The notes: generated by a model from the sequence alone, not told the origin. DNA of 64,000 nt from Octopus vulgaris (GCA_951406725.2 OX597817.1:117428001-117492000); one strand, 5' to 3'. Shown: positions 26,565 through 40,442, numbered from the stretch's first letter. Program-made: numbers and translations.

Positions 26565-28269
26565 TATATACACATGCACAACAGGCTTCTTTCAGTTTCT
26601 GTCTACCAAATCCACTAGCAGGTCTTTGGTTAGACTAGCACTATAGTAAAAAAAACACCAGCCCAAGGTTCCACACAATGAGATTGAACTTGGAGCCATG
26701 TGGCTGGGAAGCAAACATCTTACCATATAGCTATGCCTGTGCCTTTGAGGTATGAGGAAATACAGTGAAATGTAACTGAAGTCTTTTAGAACCTGTGTCA
26801 ACTTTAATTTTATCTCTCTCTATATAAGGTGAAATTTATAAGTGGAAAGTTATGTTAATCTTATTTTTACAGCAAATTACTGGTATGTATCTTGCCAAAC
26901 ATATTCAAAGAATGAAATGCAAAAATCAAAGCCAGGAAAATATGAAATTAACCAGAGAATCTAAAAGAAAATTACATAATATATTGAATATAGCAATCTA
27001 GTATTTCCCACAGTCATATCTAACTTGTATTTGTAGTAACTTCAGCAGAAGCTTTCAGCTCAATAATCAGTTTTTGATCTGTCTGAAAGATGTTTTCTTT
27101 TTTTTTTTTACCCCTTCTTTATGACTATTTTTATTTTTTGGAGCAAATCGATTGAAAGTCAATCAACATTTTATCAGACTAGTCTTTATAATTCATTTAA
27201 AAATCTTCTTTATAAGAGATATCGATATAGAATATGATTCAGATGTCATATTATTTTAAGATAACACAAAATCACTTGATTATTGATTAAAATCAGCTTT
27301 TTCTCTTAAGTTATGGAAATACGGTAATGTAAATACGGCTAGCTCATTAGTGTTTCAAATCATCAACCTTTTAAAACGATGAAGTTTTTATTAAATTTTG
27401 TATATATTCAGGGACCTCGCTGTGAGGTTAAAGGTTTCACTTCACAAGCATATGTTTCCAAGTTTTATTGCTCTGCTCATCAGTCACTTTGGGGAAGTGT
27501 CTTCTTATAAATTGGCCTTAGGTTGATTACTGTATAATGAGTGAAAGTTGATGAGCAAAATCTTTGCAGAAAACTGTACCATATATACACACACACACAC
27601 ACAGACACACACTCACACATACAAACACACATACACATATACACACACATACACACTATTACATATATACATACATACATATTTATATCTTATATACCTG
27701 ATTTTAATTGGGGAAAATAGAAATCTAATCAAAGTTTCAGTGAAGAAATGCTATTTGTTTCATATTAAATACAAAGTTGTTCAATTCAGGCAATATATAT
27801 CACTGGCAGTCAGATTTGGCTGTATGCAGCTACAGGATGTCTTCTACTGAGGTGACAGGACACATCGAAATCACATGAACTGGCAGTGTCAGCGCCTGTA
27901 GCTATCAATTCTCACCTGCCAGTACTATAAATATGTGTATGAGAGGACCTCTCAAGGTAAATATTGCAGAATTCAGTGCTCTAACAATATACCCAAATTA
28001 AGTCGGATTGCCTTTTGTTAATAATGTTGCTTCTGTCACTAATAATTACATACACACACATATAGGTGTGTGTGTGTGTGAGAGAGCGCGCGTGTGTGTG
28101 TAGGTATGTATTCACGTATAGTTTCTTTTGGTCATTTAATGACCATTTTCCCATGCTTGTGTGAATTGGATGGGGACTTAATTTCGTCAGATTTTTATAG
28201 TTGGATTATCTTCCTACTGTTAGTCTTTATGTGCAGTGTGCATTCATTGGATTTTTGTTTACACCAAAA

Positions 28270-28740
28270 ACATTGAGCAGAGATGTCACATGGAATTTTC
28301 CCAAAAGCTTGGAGATATTCAAGCTCAAACCACCCAGAAGGTACAGTGGGTAATGATGCCATGAACAAACGTCAGATCATGGAGTGTGTTACAACTGCTT
28401 TAAATATGGCAACACCTCTGTGGAGAGTGAGGCACTTTCAAGCAGGCCATCCACAAACCAAAATGAGGAGTTGATTGAGTAAGTTCCGTGAATGATCATG
28501 GAAGACCATCATATAACAATCCAAGAAATTGCTCATGAATTAGGAAGGAATAGAGGATCAATGCATTCCATTTAACTGGATGATCTGCACATGCAGAGAG
28601 TGCCAGTGAAGTTCGTCCACAAGGTGCTGATGGAGCAGCAGAAACAACTTTACATGGAAATTGCTCAGAACATGCAGGACTATGCAAACCACAAACTAGA
28701 CTATGAAGGCCATCATCACTAGTGATGATACATGGATTGA
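28270..28740 (+). pseudogene. Mariner transposase N-terminal relic
   Basis: IEQRCHMEFSQKLG...SVESEALSSRPS...KFVHKVL...IITSDDTW read across frameshifts. Confidence 0.7.
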
Positions 28741-29159
28741 TAATATCTGCTTGATGTATTTGGTCATTTTGCATAAAACAAAATTCCAATGATTACACAT
28801 TAAACATTTGAACTCTAGATGTAACAGCCAGGAGCTAACATGGTCTACCAGCGTGAATACTTTTACATGTATGCAGGAAGGGTGGTGTCATCTCTCACAC
28901 AAAATATTTTTGCCCATGCAGCATTAGTTTTTTGGGGGCGACAAATAAAGTTGCATATCTTTGAATGCACTTCATGTATATATACATATATGTGTGTGTG
29001 TGTTTCTGTGTGTGTGTGTGTTGTGTGAGTGTAGGCTCAAAATGCCAAACATGTCTGTCATTTTCCATGAGCATCAAACGAATACAACTTGTTTATGGTT
29101 CTCTCACTTATTTCTGTTTTCATTACTGTTTTGTATGTGTGTGTGTATGTATATATATA

Positions 29160-29352
29160 TCATCATCATCATTTAGCGTCCGCTTTCCATGCTAGCATGG
29201 ACGGTTCAACTGGGGTCTGGGAGGCCAGAAGGCTGCACCAGACTCCAATCTGATCTGGCAATGTTTCTACGGCTGGATGCCCTTCCTAACGCCAACCACT
29301 CCATGAGTGTAGTGGGTGTTTTTAAGTGCCAGATGGGGCTGGCAAACGGCCA
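29160..29352 (-). mobile_element. RTE-like 3' UTR fragment
   Basis: Reverse complement of the 11110-11345 tail. Confidence 0.75.
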
Positions 29353-29458
29353 TACTTTAAACATACATGTATACTTGTAACATGTGTACATCCACATGAT
29401 CACAAAATCATGGTTTCAATTCATGGACCAGGCAGTGTATTATGTTCTTGAGCAAAAG

Positions 29459-29494
<36 letters not shown>

Positions 29495-29497
<3 letters not shown>

Positions 29498-29733
29498 TAG
29501 AAAAAAACCACCTTTTATCAATTCAATAATGAAAAATTAAATTATACCATTTAGAAAAATTACATATTATAGAAAGTTTAAATAAAACATATAACTATGA
29601 TTAAGTAATGCACATTACTTAATCATCGTCATATGTTCTATCTTATATTTAATCTTTCTATAATATGTAAATTTTCTAAATGGTATAATTTAATTTTTCA
29701 TTATTGAATTGATAAAAGGTGTTTTTTCCAATT
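29495..29733. repeat. Near-perfect palindrome of about 240 bp
   Basis: Centre AGTAATG-CA-CATTACT at 29611-29612. Arms pair out to caccttttatcaattcaataatgaaaaattaaattataccatttagaaaa. Confidence 0.9.
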
Positions 29734-29814
29734 ATATATATTATATTTTGTGAAATTTGACTTAGTATTTCTGAATTGAATTTTTCCCTGTAAGTTAGGA
29801 ATAATATTCCCTCT

Positions 29815-29864
<50 letters not shown>

Positions 29865-30018
29865 GTATATATACATGCACATATACGCAGCGCTATGCGA
29901 CCCTTTGATGTGGATATATATGTATACTCCAGTATATATATTTGATTAACTGTAAACTTATTTGTATGTATATTATTATGGATATACTTATATATATGTA
30001 TATGTATGTGTATATACA

Positions 30019-30060
<42 letters not shown>

Positions 30061-30130
30061 TATTCTTGTTTATGTGTACTTTTCTTCATATTTATATTTG
30101 CATTTTATATCTTCATAATTGTACTTTATA

Positions 30131-30258
30131 ATCTCCGATGAGGCCTTGAATTATATATATATAAGTAACTCATTTTTAACTGCATATTACCTCAATACAT
30201 CTAACTAATATAGGCATAATGAGATACCCTTATCTGCAGGCTGAAACAGCTGTAAGAT
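30131..30258 (+). ncRNA. Type-I hammerhead motif with about 90-nt stem II insertion (core U4>C)
   Basis: ATCT-CCGATGA-GGCCT...AGGCT-GAAA-CAGCTG-TA-AGAT. Palindromic stem III ACAGCUGU and GUA cleavage triplet. Confidence 0.65.
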
Positions 30259-30887
30259 CCATTTTATATGTATTATTTTTATGGTATTATCTTACTTATT
30301 GATGTATATTGTTTTATTCTGTTTTACTCTGTTGGATTTGGATGTTCCTATTTAATTAGTTAATAAATTATATGAATTGATATTATCTGTAAGTTGATGA
30401 TTGTAAGGAATCTATTCCTCCATTTTCTTATTTTGTATATATATATGTCCTGAATATGAGATGAAACTGCATTTAGTGATACAGTTCCAGTTCAGGTGTC
30501 CTAGAGTTGTAAGGTGTGTGGAGTCATCCCCTTATTAATATTACTCCCAAATGAATTGTCATAACTGTCAGGGACCCATCAAAGAGGTAAACAGATTTCT
30601 CAAATTAGACAATGTTGCTATTAATTTTGACAAATCCGTGGAGAATTAGCTCTTCTTAGAGAAAGATACTTTGACATAAAATTTGCTGTCAAAATAGTTA
30701 GTCATCTTGTAATGCATGTCACTAGAACCTACTACAGTGACAGAAAGAATGGTAAATTTCTTAAAACTAACAACATACAGCTGTCTCATATTAGTGAGAC
30801 AACTATCATCAAACAGAATAAGAAAATCATTGTGCTGGGCCTCATGGGGGCAAAGTGGTTGAGCTTCTTTGGAGTGTTATATATATA

Positions 30888-31020
30888 GGCATAGGTGTGG
30901 CTGTGTGGTAAGAAGCTTGCTTCCCAAGCACATGGTTCTGGGTTCAGTCCCACTGTGTGGCACCTTGAGCAACTTTCTTGACTAAAATCTTGAAGATGGA
31001 AACTGAAAGAAGCATGTTGT
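30888..31020 (+). mobile_element. SINE family A, 5' part
   Basis: Head matches family A. Confidence 0.75.
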
Positions 31021-31073
31021 AAATATATATGTATGTATATATATATAAATATATATATATATATAGATATACT

Positions 31074-31462
31074 CTCTCTTTTACTTGTTTTAGTCGTTTG
31101 ACTGCGGCCATGCTGGAGCACCACCTTTAGTCGAGCAAATCGACACCGGGACTTATTCTTTGTAAGCCCAGTACTTATTCTATCAGTCTCTTTTGCCGAA
31201 CCGCTAATTGATGGGGATGTAAACACACCATCATTGGTTGTCAAGCAATGCTAGGGAGACAAACACAGACACACAAACACATGTACACACATACATATAT
31301 ATGACAGGCTTCTTTCAGTTTCCGTCTACCAAATCCACTCACAAGGCATTGGTTGGCCCAGGGCTATAGCAGAAGACACTTGCCCAAGATGCCACACAGT
31401 GAGACTGAACCCGGAACCATGTGGTTGATTAGCAAGCTACTTACCACACAGCCACTCCTGCG

Positions 31463-31466
<4 letters not shown>
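31074..31466 (-). mobile_element. SINE family A, full length
   Basis: Match to family A. Confidence 0.85.
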
Positions 31467-31507
<41 letters not shown>

Positions 31508-32446
31508 TAATATGTGTGTATGGCATTTGCCATATATTTTAATAACTACTGTTGTTGAAGTCAGAACGCTGATTCATCTTGATGTAGCTGTGTTTGGTTA
31601 AGCATTAAGTGGTCTAGTCTGTGTACCTGGAGTTACCGTAAATAAACTAATGACAAGAAGAATCAGGTAAATTCAATATGACTGTTCTTTATTGCAACTG
31701 TTACATGACAAATGTCTTACATATTGAGAAGTAACTGGTTTGTAAATTTTAACTAACCATATCTGGAAGAGTGGAAGTTGAGTCAAAGGTGAAATTCTGC
31801 AGCATGGTCATGGCTTGGTTTTGCAGCATCAGCAACAGGAAAAAATAAACAAGATGTCTGCTTGGCTTGTCATCTCCTCTCTGCTCTTTAAAGTGAGGGA
31901 GCATTCCTTACATAATGATTGGTGGGCAAGAAGAAAATTTTTCTGTGCTGGGATAAAAACTGTTGCTCAAACACCAATTGACTAGTTTAGACTATTCTTC
32001 AGTTTTTGCAATGGATTCAGTCCAACCCTGATCACATGATCAAATATTGACAATACCAAAATACACCCACTTGATATAATTCAAGCTGAATAGCCAGGTA
32101 GACAATATGCTTGCTACATACATATATATATATATATATATATTCATAAATATATATTCATAACTATATATATGGTAAATGAAAGATGGAATATATGAGA
32201 ATTTTTATTTATTAATCACAACAATTGTTTTGACATATATTGCATGAATCCCTCAGGAATAGGATACTTAACAACTGGTTCAGGCACATCCGGCAATGCA
32301 AAGATGCCTGATTGTGTGATAAATGGATACAACTCATTAAAATAACAGTTCTGCAATGTTTCTTCTCATTTCTACTATAGCTTGGACTGACCAAAACCTT
32401 ATGAGTGGATTTGGTAGACTGAAACTGAAAGACGCCTGTTGTATAT

Positions 32447-32448
<2 letters not shown>

Positions 32449-32515
<67 letters not shown>

Positions 32516-32527
32516 TACATACATACA
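32449..32527. repeat. (CA)n microsatellite after a SINE A fragment (about 32366-32445)
   Basis: Visible directly in the sequence. Confidence 0.9.
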
Positions 32528-32850
32528 CCATTACAGCATCGTGGTATGAGAACTCACTCAGATAGAGAATACAGGCCAAGAAGAGAATACAGATCAAGAT
32601 AAAGAACTACCAACAAAAACTCATAGATACATGCAAAATAATAATACAACTGTTCATAACATTGTAAATTGTTCCAATCCTGCACAGTTCACTCGATCAA
32701 ATAAGCCTAACAACAGATGTAGAGATCAAGATGTCCTCTGGTTCAACCTAACTTTCAGTTTGCTTGTTTCAATGAAAATTGCTGGAAAATTTTTCACTGC
32801 TTTGGACAAATGTTTTCCTAAATCTAATCGGTATCATGCTACTTTTTATC

Positions 32851-33263
32851 AGTGCAGGAGTAGCTGTGTGGTAAGTAGCTTACTTACCAGCCACATGGTT
32901 TCGGGTTCATTCCCACTGTGTGGCACCTTGGGTAAGTGTCTTCTACTGTAGCCTCAGGCCAACCAAATTCTTGTAAGTGGATCTGGTAGACGGAAACTGA
33001 AAGAAGCACATCATATATATGTAAATATGTATATGTATATATATGTTTGTGTGTCGATGTTTGTCTCCTCAACATCGCTTGACAACCGATGCTGGTGTGT
33101 TTACGTCCCCGTAACGACACAGTTTGGCAAAAGAGACCAACAGAATAAGTACTAGGCTTCCAAAGAATAAGTCCTGGGATCGATTTGCTCAACTAAAGGC
33201 GGTGCTCCAGCATGGCCGCAGTCAAATGACGGAAACAAGTAAAAGAGTAAAGAGTAAAGAGTA
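32851..33263 (+). mobile_element. SINE family A, full length
   Basis: Match to family A; tail (agagtaa)n. Confidence 0.85.
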
Positions 33264-33470
33264 ACTCTGCTAATTTAGAGTAGCTCATGCACTGCATGGA
33301 CAATAGTAAAATGCAACAACAGTTCAATAACCCTCCAACTGGATCTAGTGAACATACGCATCTAAATACCAACTAAGGACATGTAAACTGCAATGAAAAG
33401 CACGAATTATAGCCAAACAGTAATAGAAGAAATGCTTATAATATAGCTAACATGATAACAACATCAGAAC

Positions 33471-33910
33471 ATGAAGTCTGAATTGTCATATATACAAATA
33501 AATATGATAAATGGTCATGCACAATGCCCATTGATGAACCTCTGTATGAGTACAAATCTTCTATATAAATGTACTGGGTACACAAGGGGAGGACCGTATG
33601 TTTACATTGGGCAAAAGGCTGATTTATTTAAGAATTGTTATTGCAACCATGTCATCAGCTTCAAGATACTCAATAAGAGACATTCAACATCTTTTGCCGA
33701 TTTTGTATGGTGACTGAAAGAAGATAGAATTAAGTACAACATAACTTGGTCCATAGTAAGGCATGAAAAACCATACAATTTAATTTCCAGGAGATGCCAA
33801 CTCTGCTCCAAGGAATCCCTGTCTATTCTCTGGACAAATAAGATCAATAATAGAATTTCTGAAAGATTCTCAAGATGGCTACATGCATATAAATGTACTT
33901 TTGTATAATG
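33471..33910 (+). pseudogene. Penelope-like GIY-YIG endonuclease relic
   Basis: CPLMNLC...LLYKC...YVYIGQ...FKNCYCNHVISFK...STSFADFVW*LKE...YNITWSIV...PYN...RCQLCSKE. Confidence 0.8.
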
Positions 33911-34315
33911 CAGTAAGAATGAATTTGAGCAACTGTTAACATGATTTACTCTAAGGTATGGATGAATTACGTTTAGCTTTAACCTCCCCTTACTTATAAA
34001 CAGCAAGTAGCTATTTAACTCGCTTTGTGATCGTGAGTGCACCAAACCACTCATGTGTGTATGCTTACATTTTCACAGATGTTTGTGTGAATGTGCCATG
34101 CAGTTTGTGTGAGGACATTTATACATCCATATCTGTTAACAGTTATTTCTAATAATTTTTCTCACTGTATCGCGTGTTTGTTTCTTTCTTGCACCTGTGA
34201 TTTTATTTTCGAGCTTCTATATAAATGAAGATATTTCCTTTGTTTCGTTGCTTTTCTTTTTAGGAAATGAGAATATACATTACAGAAGTGTTATTTTAAT
34301 GAGTTGCATGTACTT

Positions 34316-34421
34316 ATCACCTGCTGAGACACATCTGCACAACGAGATGCTCCTGAACTAGTTGTTAAGTGTCCCATCCATGAGGGATTGATTCTAGATA
34401 TGTCAAAACAATTGTCATGAT
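34316..34421 (+). ncRNA. Degenerate type-I hammerhead in the 3' region of the PLE
   Basis: ATCAC-CTGCTGA-GACACATCT...AGATATGTC-AAAA-CAATTG-TC-ATGAT. Stem II pairs 8/9, stem III is palindromic, and there are two core mutations. Confidence 0.6.
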
Positions 34422-34541
34422 TAATAATAAAAAATCTCATATATTCCATCTTCAGTCTCTCATTTACCATATACATAACAAATACTGAAAGTAACCATGC
34501 TTTACCAGTAAGCTACCAGGTGTAAACCATTCATTTTATTA

Positions 34542-34580
<39 letters not shown>

Positions 34581-34594
34581 TATATACATGTGTA

Positions 34595-35036
34595 AAAGCA
34601 GGATTTGGGTCCTTGCCATACCTCTAGAAAGAGTAAACAAAAATGGTTGTTACAGAATTTCTATAACTTCACCAGCCCAATTTCTCTCCTCCCATTTTTT
34701 CTTGATTGTAATCTCATGGATTACTATATGCAGGGCATGGTTGAGAAAGACACTAACTATTCTGCTTGCAGCTCCAAGGCTGAGCTGATGGCCAAGATCA
34801 AGAAGGTGCTTGAAATTCTTCCCAGACTCAGTGAGGAATGCATATGCCAAGTTCCAGAGCCATCTTGAGGCAATGGTGGAAGCTGAGAGCAGTTGTTTTG
34901 GGTAAAATGTTATTTCCCAACCATAATCTAGTTATTAATGTTTTGATTTTTTTAAAAATAATTTTATTTTTGGATGGGATATTGTACTTTCTTTTCTTTT
35001 TCTGCAAACTGTCAAATTTAACCCAGACACCTTGTA
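34595..35036 (+). mobile_element. Tc1/mariner (maT/DD37D-like) 3' fragment
   Basis: LDCNLMDYYMQGMVEKDTN...KAELMAKIKKV resembles SPDxNPLDYxxWGxVE. Ends acaccttg-TA. Confidence 0.6.
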
Positions 35037-35278
35037 TATTGAAAAATAAAGCTAATTATTCCGGGTTTACTTAATATCATCAACCACAACCTAATTGCAA
35101 TTGATGTTATGAAGGAGAACTATAATATACTTTTTGACTAAAATTATAGTTGGATTCAACTTTGTTATCTTTGTAGTTGTTTAGTCTCAAGGCAGCTCTT
35201 ATCAGACAGACCAATAACTGGTGTTCAAATGTATGACTATTTCACCTTTATCCAATGTGACATTATTTTACTTTAAGA

Positions 35279-35489
35279 AGGCAGCGAGCAGGCAGAAATG
35301 GTAGCATGCCAGGCAAAATGCTTAGTGGTATTTCATCTGTCTTTACATTCTGAGTTCAAATTCCATCGAGGTCGACTTTGCCTTTCATCCTTTTGGGGTC
35401 AATAAATTAAGTACCAGTTGCGTACAGGGGTCAATCTAATCGACTGCCCCCCCTCCAAAATTTTGTGTCTTGTGCCTAGAGTAGAAAAG
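35279..35489 (+). mobile_element. SINE family B
   Basis: Well-preserved gcctttcatccttttggggtcaataaattaagtaccag. Approximate TSD attattt..ctttaaga. Confidence 0.8.
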
Positions 35490-37380
35490 ATTATTTCTCT
35501 TTAAGAGAGTAGAATGGCATCTGACGGAGATTTGGTTGTTATTTTTAACATGTCAAGTAACTGTGCTATGGTTTATTTCATCAGTACAACTATTATCTAT
35601 ATAGTGTTGAGGGTAATATATTTTAATGAGTTATTTTATTATTTAGCACCAATTCAGCTAAGGTATTCGATTCACAACACATCTTTTTTTCCTTTACTTA
35701 TATTATAGCCTGAATGATATTATCATTTTAGTAGAATTTTGTGAGTAAGGGGCATCTTCCAGAGAGCCAATTTTGCAATCTATTTTTCAATTATTTTAAG
35801 TGCTAATTACCTTGGAAAATAGCCAAACATCACACAATATCAGTATTTATCTTGGAAATAAATTTGTAGCATTCTGAGTAAGAAATCTATGGTTTCCCAA
35901 TGTTTCTACTGTAGAAAAGGTGGCTTCAGAGTATTATGCTGGAATTACTAGAGGTTTGATGGTTCCTTATCTTGCATTTGGATTGCTTCACAGATGACTT
36001 AGATGATACAAATGGCTTATTTTTCTATCCAAAATAAGTGTTTCTGAACTTGCTTACAGTTACTGAAATTGGTTTAAGGTGTGTGTGCATGTGTGTGTGT
36101 GAAAGAACCCTGACATAGAATTTCAGAAAATTGTTTTCCTTGATAATCATCCATTACCAGCTAAGATAGATTAAAGTAAACAAGACAATATTGGTTTGTA
36201 TTTCAAGTGTTATGACTAGATGACTAATATATTTATTTATTTGTTTACTTTTTTATTTATCTATTTATTGCTTGCTAAGTGTATTTCTTTATGTACCTGG
36301 GAAAAATATATTACTATACTGGTAGAAAATTTATTCAATTATGAAAAAAAAAAATTTTTTTCTCAATTTTCTTTGAAGCATTGCATTCCTGTTTTGTGAT
36401 ATTGAAACTCCATAAAAAGATGACAGCATCAAAGTAAAGTTCTTTTTTCAAAAATAAATGAAAGAGGATTCCAATTTGAATAATGCTTTTCCTAAAATTT
36501 TTCAAAAACTGAATTGTTTTGAAAGCAGAGTATTAGAAAATGTGATATAAACCTATATAAAAGAAAAACTGCAGTACTTTATTACTTAAAAACAAAGGAT
36601 ATTCTAAGCAAGCAGTAGTAGTATTAGGTATTAGGTATATTAATATGACTGTTTTTATAATCCATAAATATATTTTTATGTTCATCATACATGTTTCTGT
36701 TATTATTGCTTAGCTTCTACTCAAACATGACTGAGGAACAACGTCTACAAAGTAATTGCAACCAGAACTATCAAATCTTTTATTCAAAGTATAGCGAGCA
36801 TATTCTTCATTTTGTCTGAAACTAGATTGTGTCTTCACAATGATCTGGCTCCTATTTCAAGCAAGTTAAGTAACCATTCCAAGTTCTTGTCACCAACATT
36901 TGTTGTTTAACTAAACGTAAATCTTGCTCTACAATCAAAGGTATTTCAGCTATAATCCTGTTATTTCATCGTGGATCCATGTATATAAAGGACAACATTA
37001 GCTAATCCATTTTATTCTTTTAATTAAGATGATACAGAATGATTTAAGGGATATGTGACAGTGAGGATCTCAAACTATAAGAGGAAGAAAATACTGTGAA
37101 ATAAGTAAAAATGTGTGAGACAATATGGAATAAATTTCAGTTTTTCAGTGACTTACTTGAAAGGTTTGAGTCATTTTGTTTGTGAGACACAGTTCTCAAA
37201 AGAATGGTATTCATGTGTATTATTTGTCTTGGCGTTCACTTGCAGAAACCATATATCTATGTGTGTAGGTTCGTGTGTATGTGTGTGTATGTATATGTGT
37301 TTTATGTCTAGTTGTTATCAAAACAATTCTACATTAATCTAGTGGGTTACACTATAATTTTGTAGAGTACAGTTTTAATA

Positions 37381-39125
37381 TTCTTAAGCAAGAATATTAT
37401 TGACACTGAGTTTGAAGTTCAGCCACTTAAGCCATCGTCCAACTGCAATGCATTGAAGTTAATCTTGACATCATATAGTCTATGTTGAGTTAAACTCTTC
37501 CTTGGGTGTGTGAGTTTGAGTGGAGTGGTAATTAGGTTTTAGGGTGGGTTATTATGGAGAGGTGTTTTGGAGAATGTTTTTATTGATTAAATTTAAGGTT
37601 AAGTTGTTGTTTAGAATTTATTCATGTATGTATAACTTTGTAAGTTGGTATGCAAATTTAGATGTGTCCCTTTTGGTAAGTTATAGGATATATCAGTAAT
37701 TTTAATTATTTTTGGTTTTGTTGGATTTAATTCTTTGCTTTGACAACACAAAGGTCAAAGGTACAAAGTCTTGTATTTAAAACCTTAGTAACTGCATCCT
37801 TCAATATTTTGTAATGGAAATTTTTAGAGTTTCACAAAAGAATGTAAGCAGTTGGTATGTTTTAGCTGGCTAATTTCTTTACTTGTTGCTGTTGTTATTT
37901 AGGTTATTTCCTCTTTTTATTTGGAAGGTGTGTGTTATTGGTCAGGCATGTCATGATGTTGTCAGTATAGAAAATTGTTTATCTTGTGCTTTGATGTTTA
38001 CAAGAGCATGTGGGTGGATATAAAGATTATTATTGTGTATGTTTCTCTCAAGATGTTCATTGTTCTATAAGCAATTTGATTAGTATGTAGAAATTTTTAC
38101 ACTTCTGTTTTATGGAGGTAGAGTTTGTGGGTTATATGTTTATAAATATTTCTACAATTCAGTTTCAAATGTGGCTCTTTTATAATATACTATTTTAGGC
38201 CTTAGGATATAAATGAAAGTGGGACATTTTAACAGGTGTGTACATATTTGTGGATAAAAATGGGAATAAAAATAAAACATTAAGTCTGAAGTACAGAACC
38301 AGGAGAGGCATTGGGAATATTGGTATCAAAAGGGTCAAATAAATGGCTGTATTACCTCTAAGAAAAGAATTGCTTTCTTAGTTTCTGCCTTAAAATGTTT
38401 AGATTGAAAAATTAAAATTTACAATATTAAAGTAAATAAATATGGTATAGACCAAATTTTTAATTTTGTAACATTTTGTAAAAATCAAAGGTTTAAAAAT
38501 TTTAAATTAAAAAAAACAAAGAATAAAAGGAAAAGAAGAAAAAAGTTATAAAAAATTTAAAAAAGAAAAGGGTCTTTCCACTTGCTTGCATAAAAATATA
38601 TAGCTTTATGTATGTGTAAGTAGCTTTGTGTACTTAGAGTAGAAAATATTTTGTGGGGATTTTGCTTAGAAATAGGGAAGCATGTAGATAATTTATACAG
38701 TACTTGTTTAAGGTAAAGCTGAAAGAAGTGCTTTTTTTATGTATATAATGGGGATAGTTTAGGGTGTAGGTGGAGGGAGAGGAGTTGGTGAGAGAGTAAC
38801 ATATTTATCCATCAGAAAAAATATTATTGGTTTGAAATATTTTAGCGTTTTAAGAATTTGTGCTTACATGAAGAGACTAGTTCAGCATTTTGGTCCAGAA
38901 TTTGGTCCATGAATGTTAGAATGTGGTAGGATTCATTAGTACAAAGTTAAAAGGGTTTGTTGTTACCTTTCATTTGGCTGAACATATGAGAGTGGTTTCC
39001 AGTTGATGCTAAAGGGAGTATATCTTTTATTTAATGTGTCGTAGGCTTCAATTCATCACAGTCTAACAATAGCTTAACTGGCCAAAACTTCGAAGTCACT
39101 TTCATTAATATTCTTGTTTAAGGAT
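37381..39125 (-). mobile_element. Old 5'-truncated Penelope-like element with inverted pseudo-LTRs
   Basis: 37381-37470 and 39040-39125 are inverted copies, each with a decayed hammerhead. The minus strand at about 38850-39005 gives LCTNESYHIL...LDQNAELVSSCKHKF (GIY-YIG C-terminus). Confidence 0.6.
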
Positions 39126-39372
39126 AATATATACTCATCCATCCATCTTCTGTACCCACCATTCCTGGGAGGGTTGTGGGGTTAGAATCTTCAAGCACCT
39201 TCTTCATTGGGACATATCAGAAGCAATCATGACTAAATTTTCTGGCTGGATTCCCAAGCATAACCAAGTGAGGGTATGGATATTATCCAGCCATCTCATT
39301 CTTGGTCTACTGTTAGACTGGCTCATCTTGAAGAATCTGTCTGGTGATTCTTTCCTTTTTCCTTAACATTCT

Positions 39373-39593
39373 TATTTCTTTATTGCCCACAAGGGGCTAA
39401 ACATAGAGGGGGACAAACAAGGACAGACAAAAGGATTAAGTCGATTAGATCGATCCCAGTGCGTAACTGGTACTTAATCTACCGACCCCGAAAGGATGTA
39501 AGGCAAAGTTGACCTCGGCAGAATTTGAACTCAGGACGTAGCAGCAGATAAAATACCGCTAAGCATTTTGCCCGGCATGCTAACGTTTCTGCC
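39373..39593 (-). mobile_element. SINE family B variant with a different tail
   Basis: Family B head and centre. AACATTCT repeated at 39365-39372 and 39594-39601. Confidence 0.75.
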
Positions 39594-40409
39594 AACATTC
39601 TAATCTTATGTCTGTTGTATTGGTGCAGTGATCTCACAACGTTGAGTAGTGGTTCCACCTGGAGAGACAACCTAATCACCAAGCTATACATGTATGAACA
39701 ACACACACATAAACACACATACACATGCAAACACATACAAACATACAGATATGGAGAATTTCCTTCAACATTCAAAAATCAATCTGTGTATTGCTGAACA
39801 CTTATGAAATTTAAATTTGACTTTAGCAAGACATGCTTACAAAGAACATCTATCCACCACCACACTTCCCTGACTTAGATTCATACACAATAAAAATATT
39901 TTCAGCTTGATTGGGGTTGTTAAGTCCAGTCTGCTCTGATACAGAGAAAATTTGTGATAAAAGACTTTCCACTCATGACTATACCATGTCTTTTATCCAA
40001 TGGGTTTTATTATGTATGTTCTTCTTTTCCTAAACAGTGGAGCATAATTTGAAAGTTATTTAGCTGCTATCAGTAGCACACGTAGCAAGTACATAGATAT
40101 TCAATATTGATGAAAAATTCTTTTGTAGAACAGAAACCGAAAAATGAAATGTTAAAGAGTCCATTGAGGGTGTGAATAAATTACACAGAATAGTTTTGTG
40201 ATTCTAAGTAACTGAAAATATGATCAATAGGAGATGATGATATTTTGGCTGTTTAGCCTAAGGTTTGAGTTGATGAAGTAGGCCTATGATCAAAATTATT
40301 GCAACTCTGGTCATGTCAATTTATTTACTGATATAGTATCATCATCATCAACATCGTCATCATCATCATCATCATCATCATCATCACCATCACCATCACC
40401 ACCACCACC

Positions 40410-40442
<33 letters not shown>

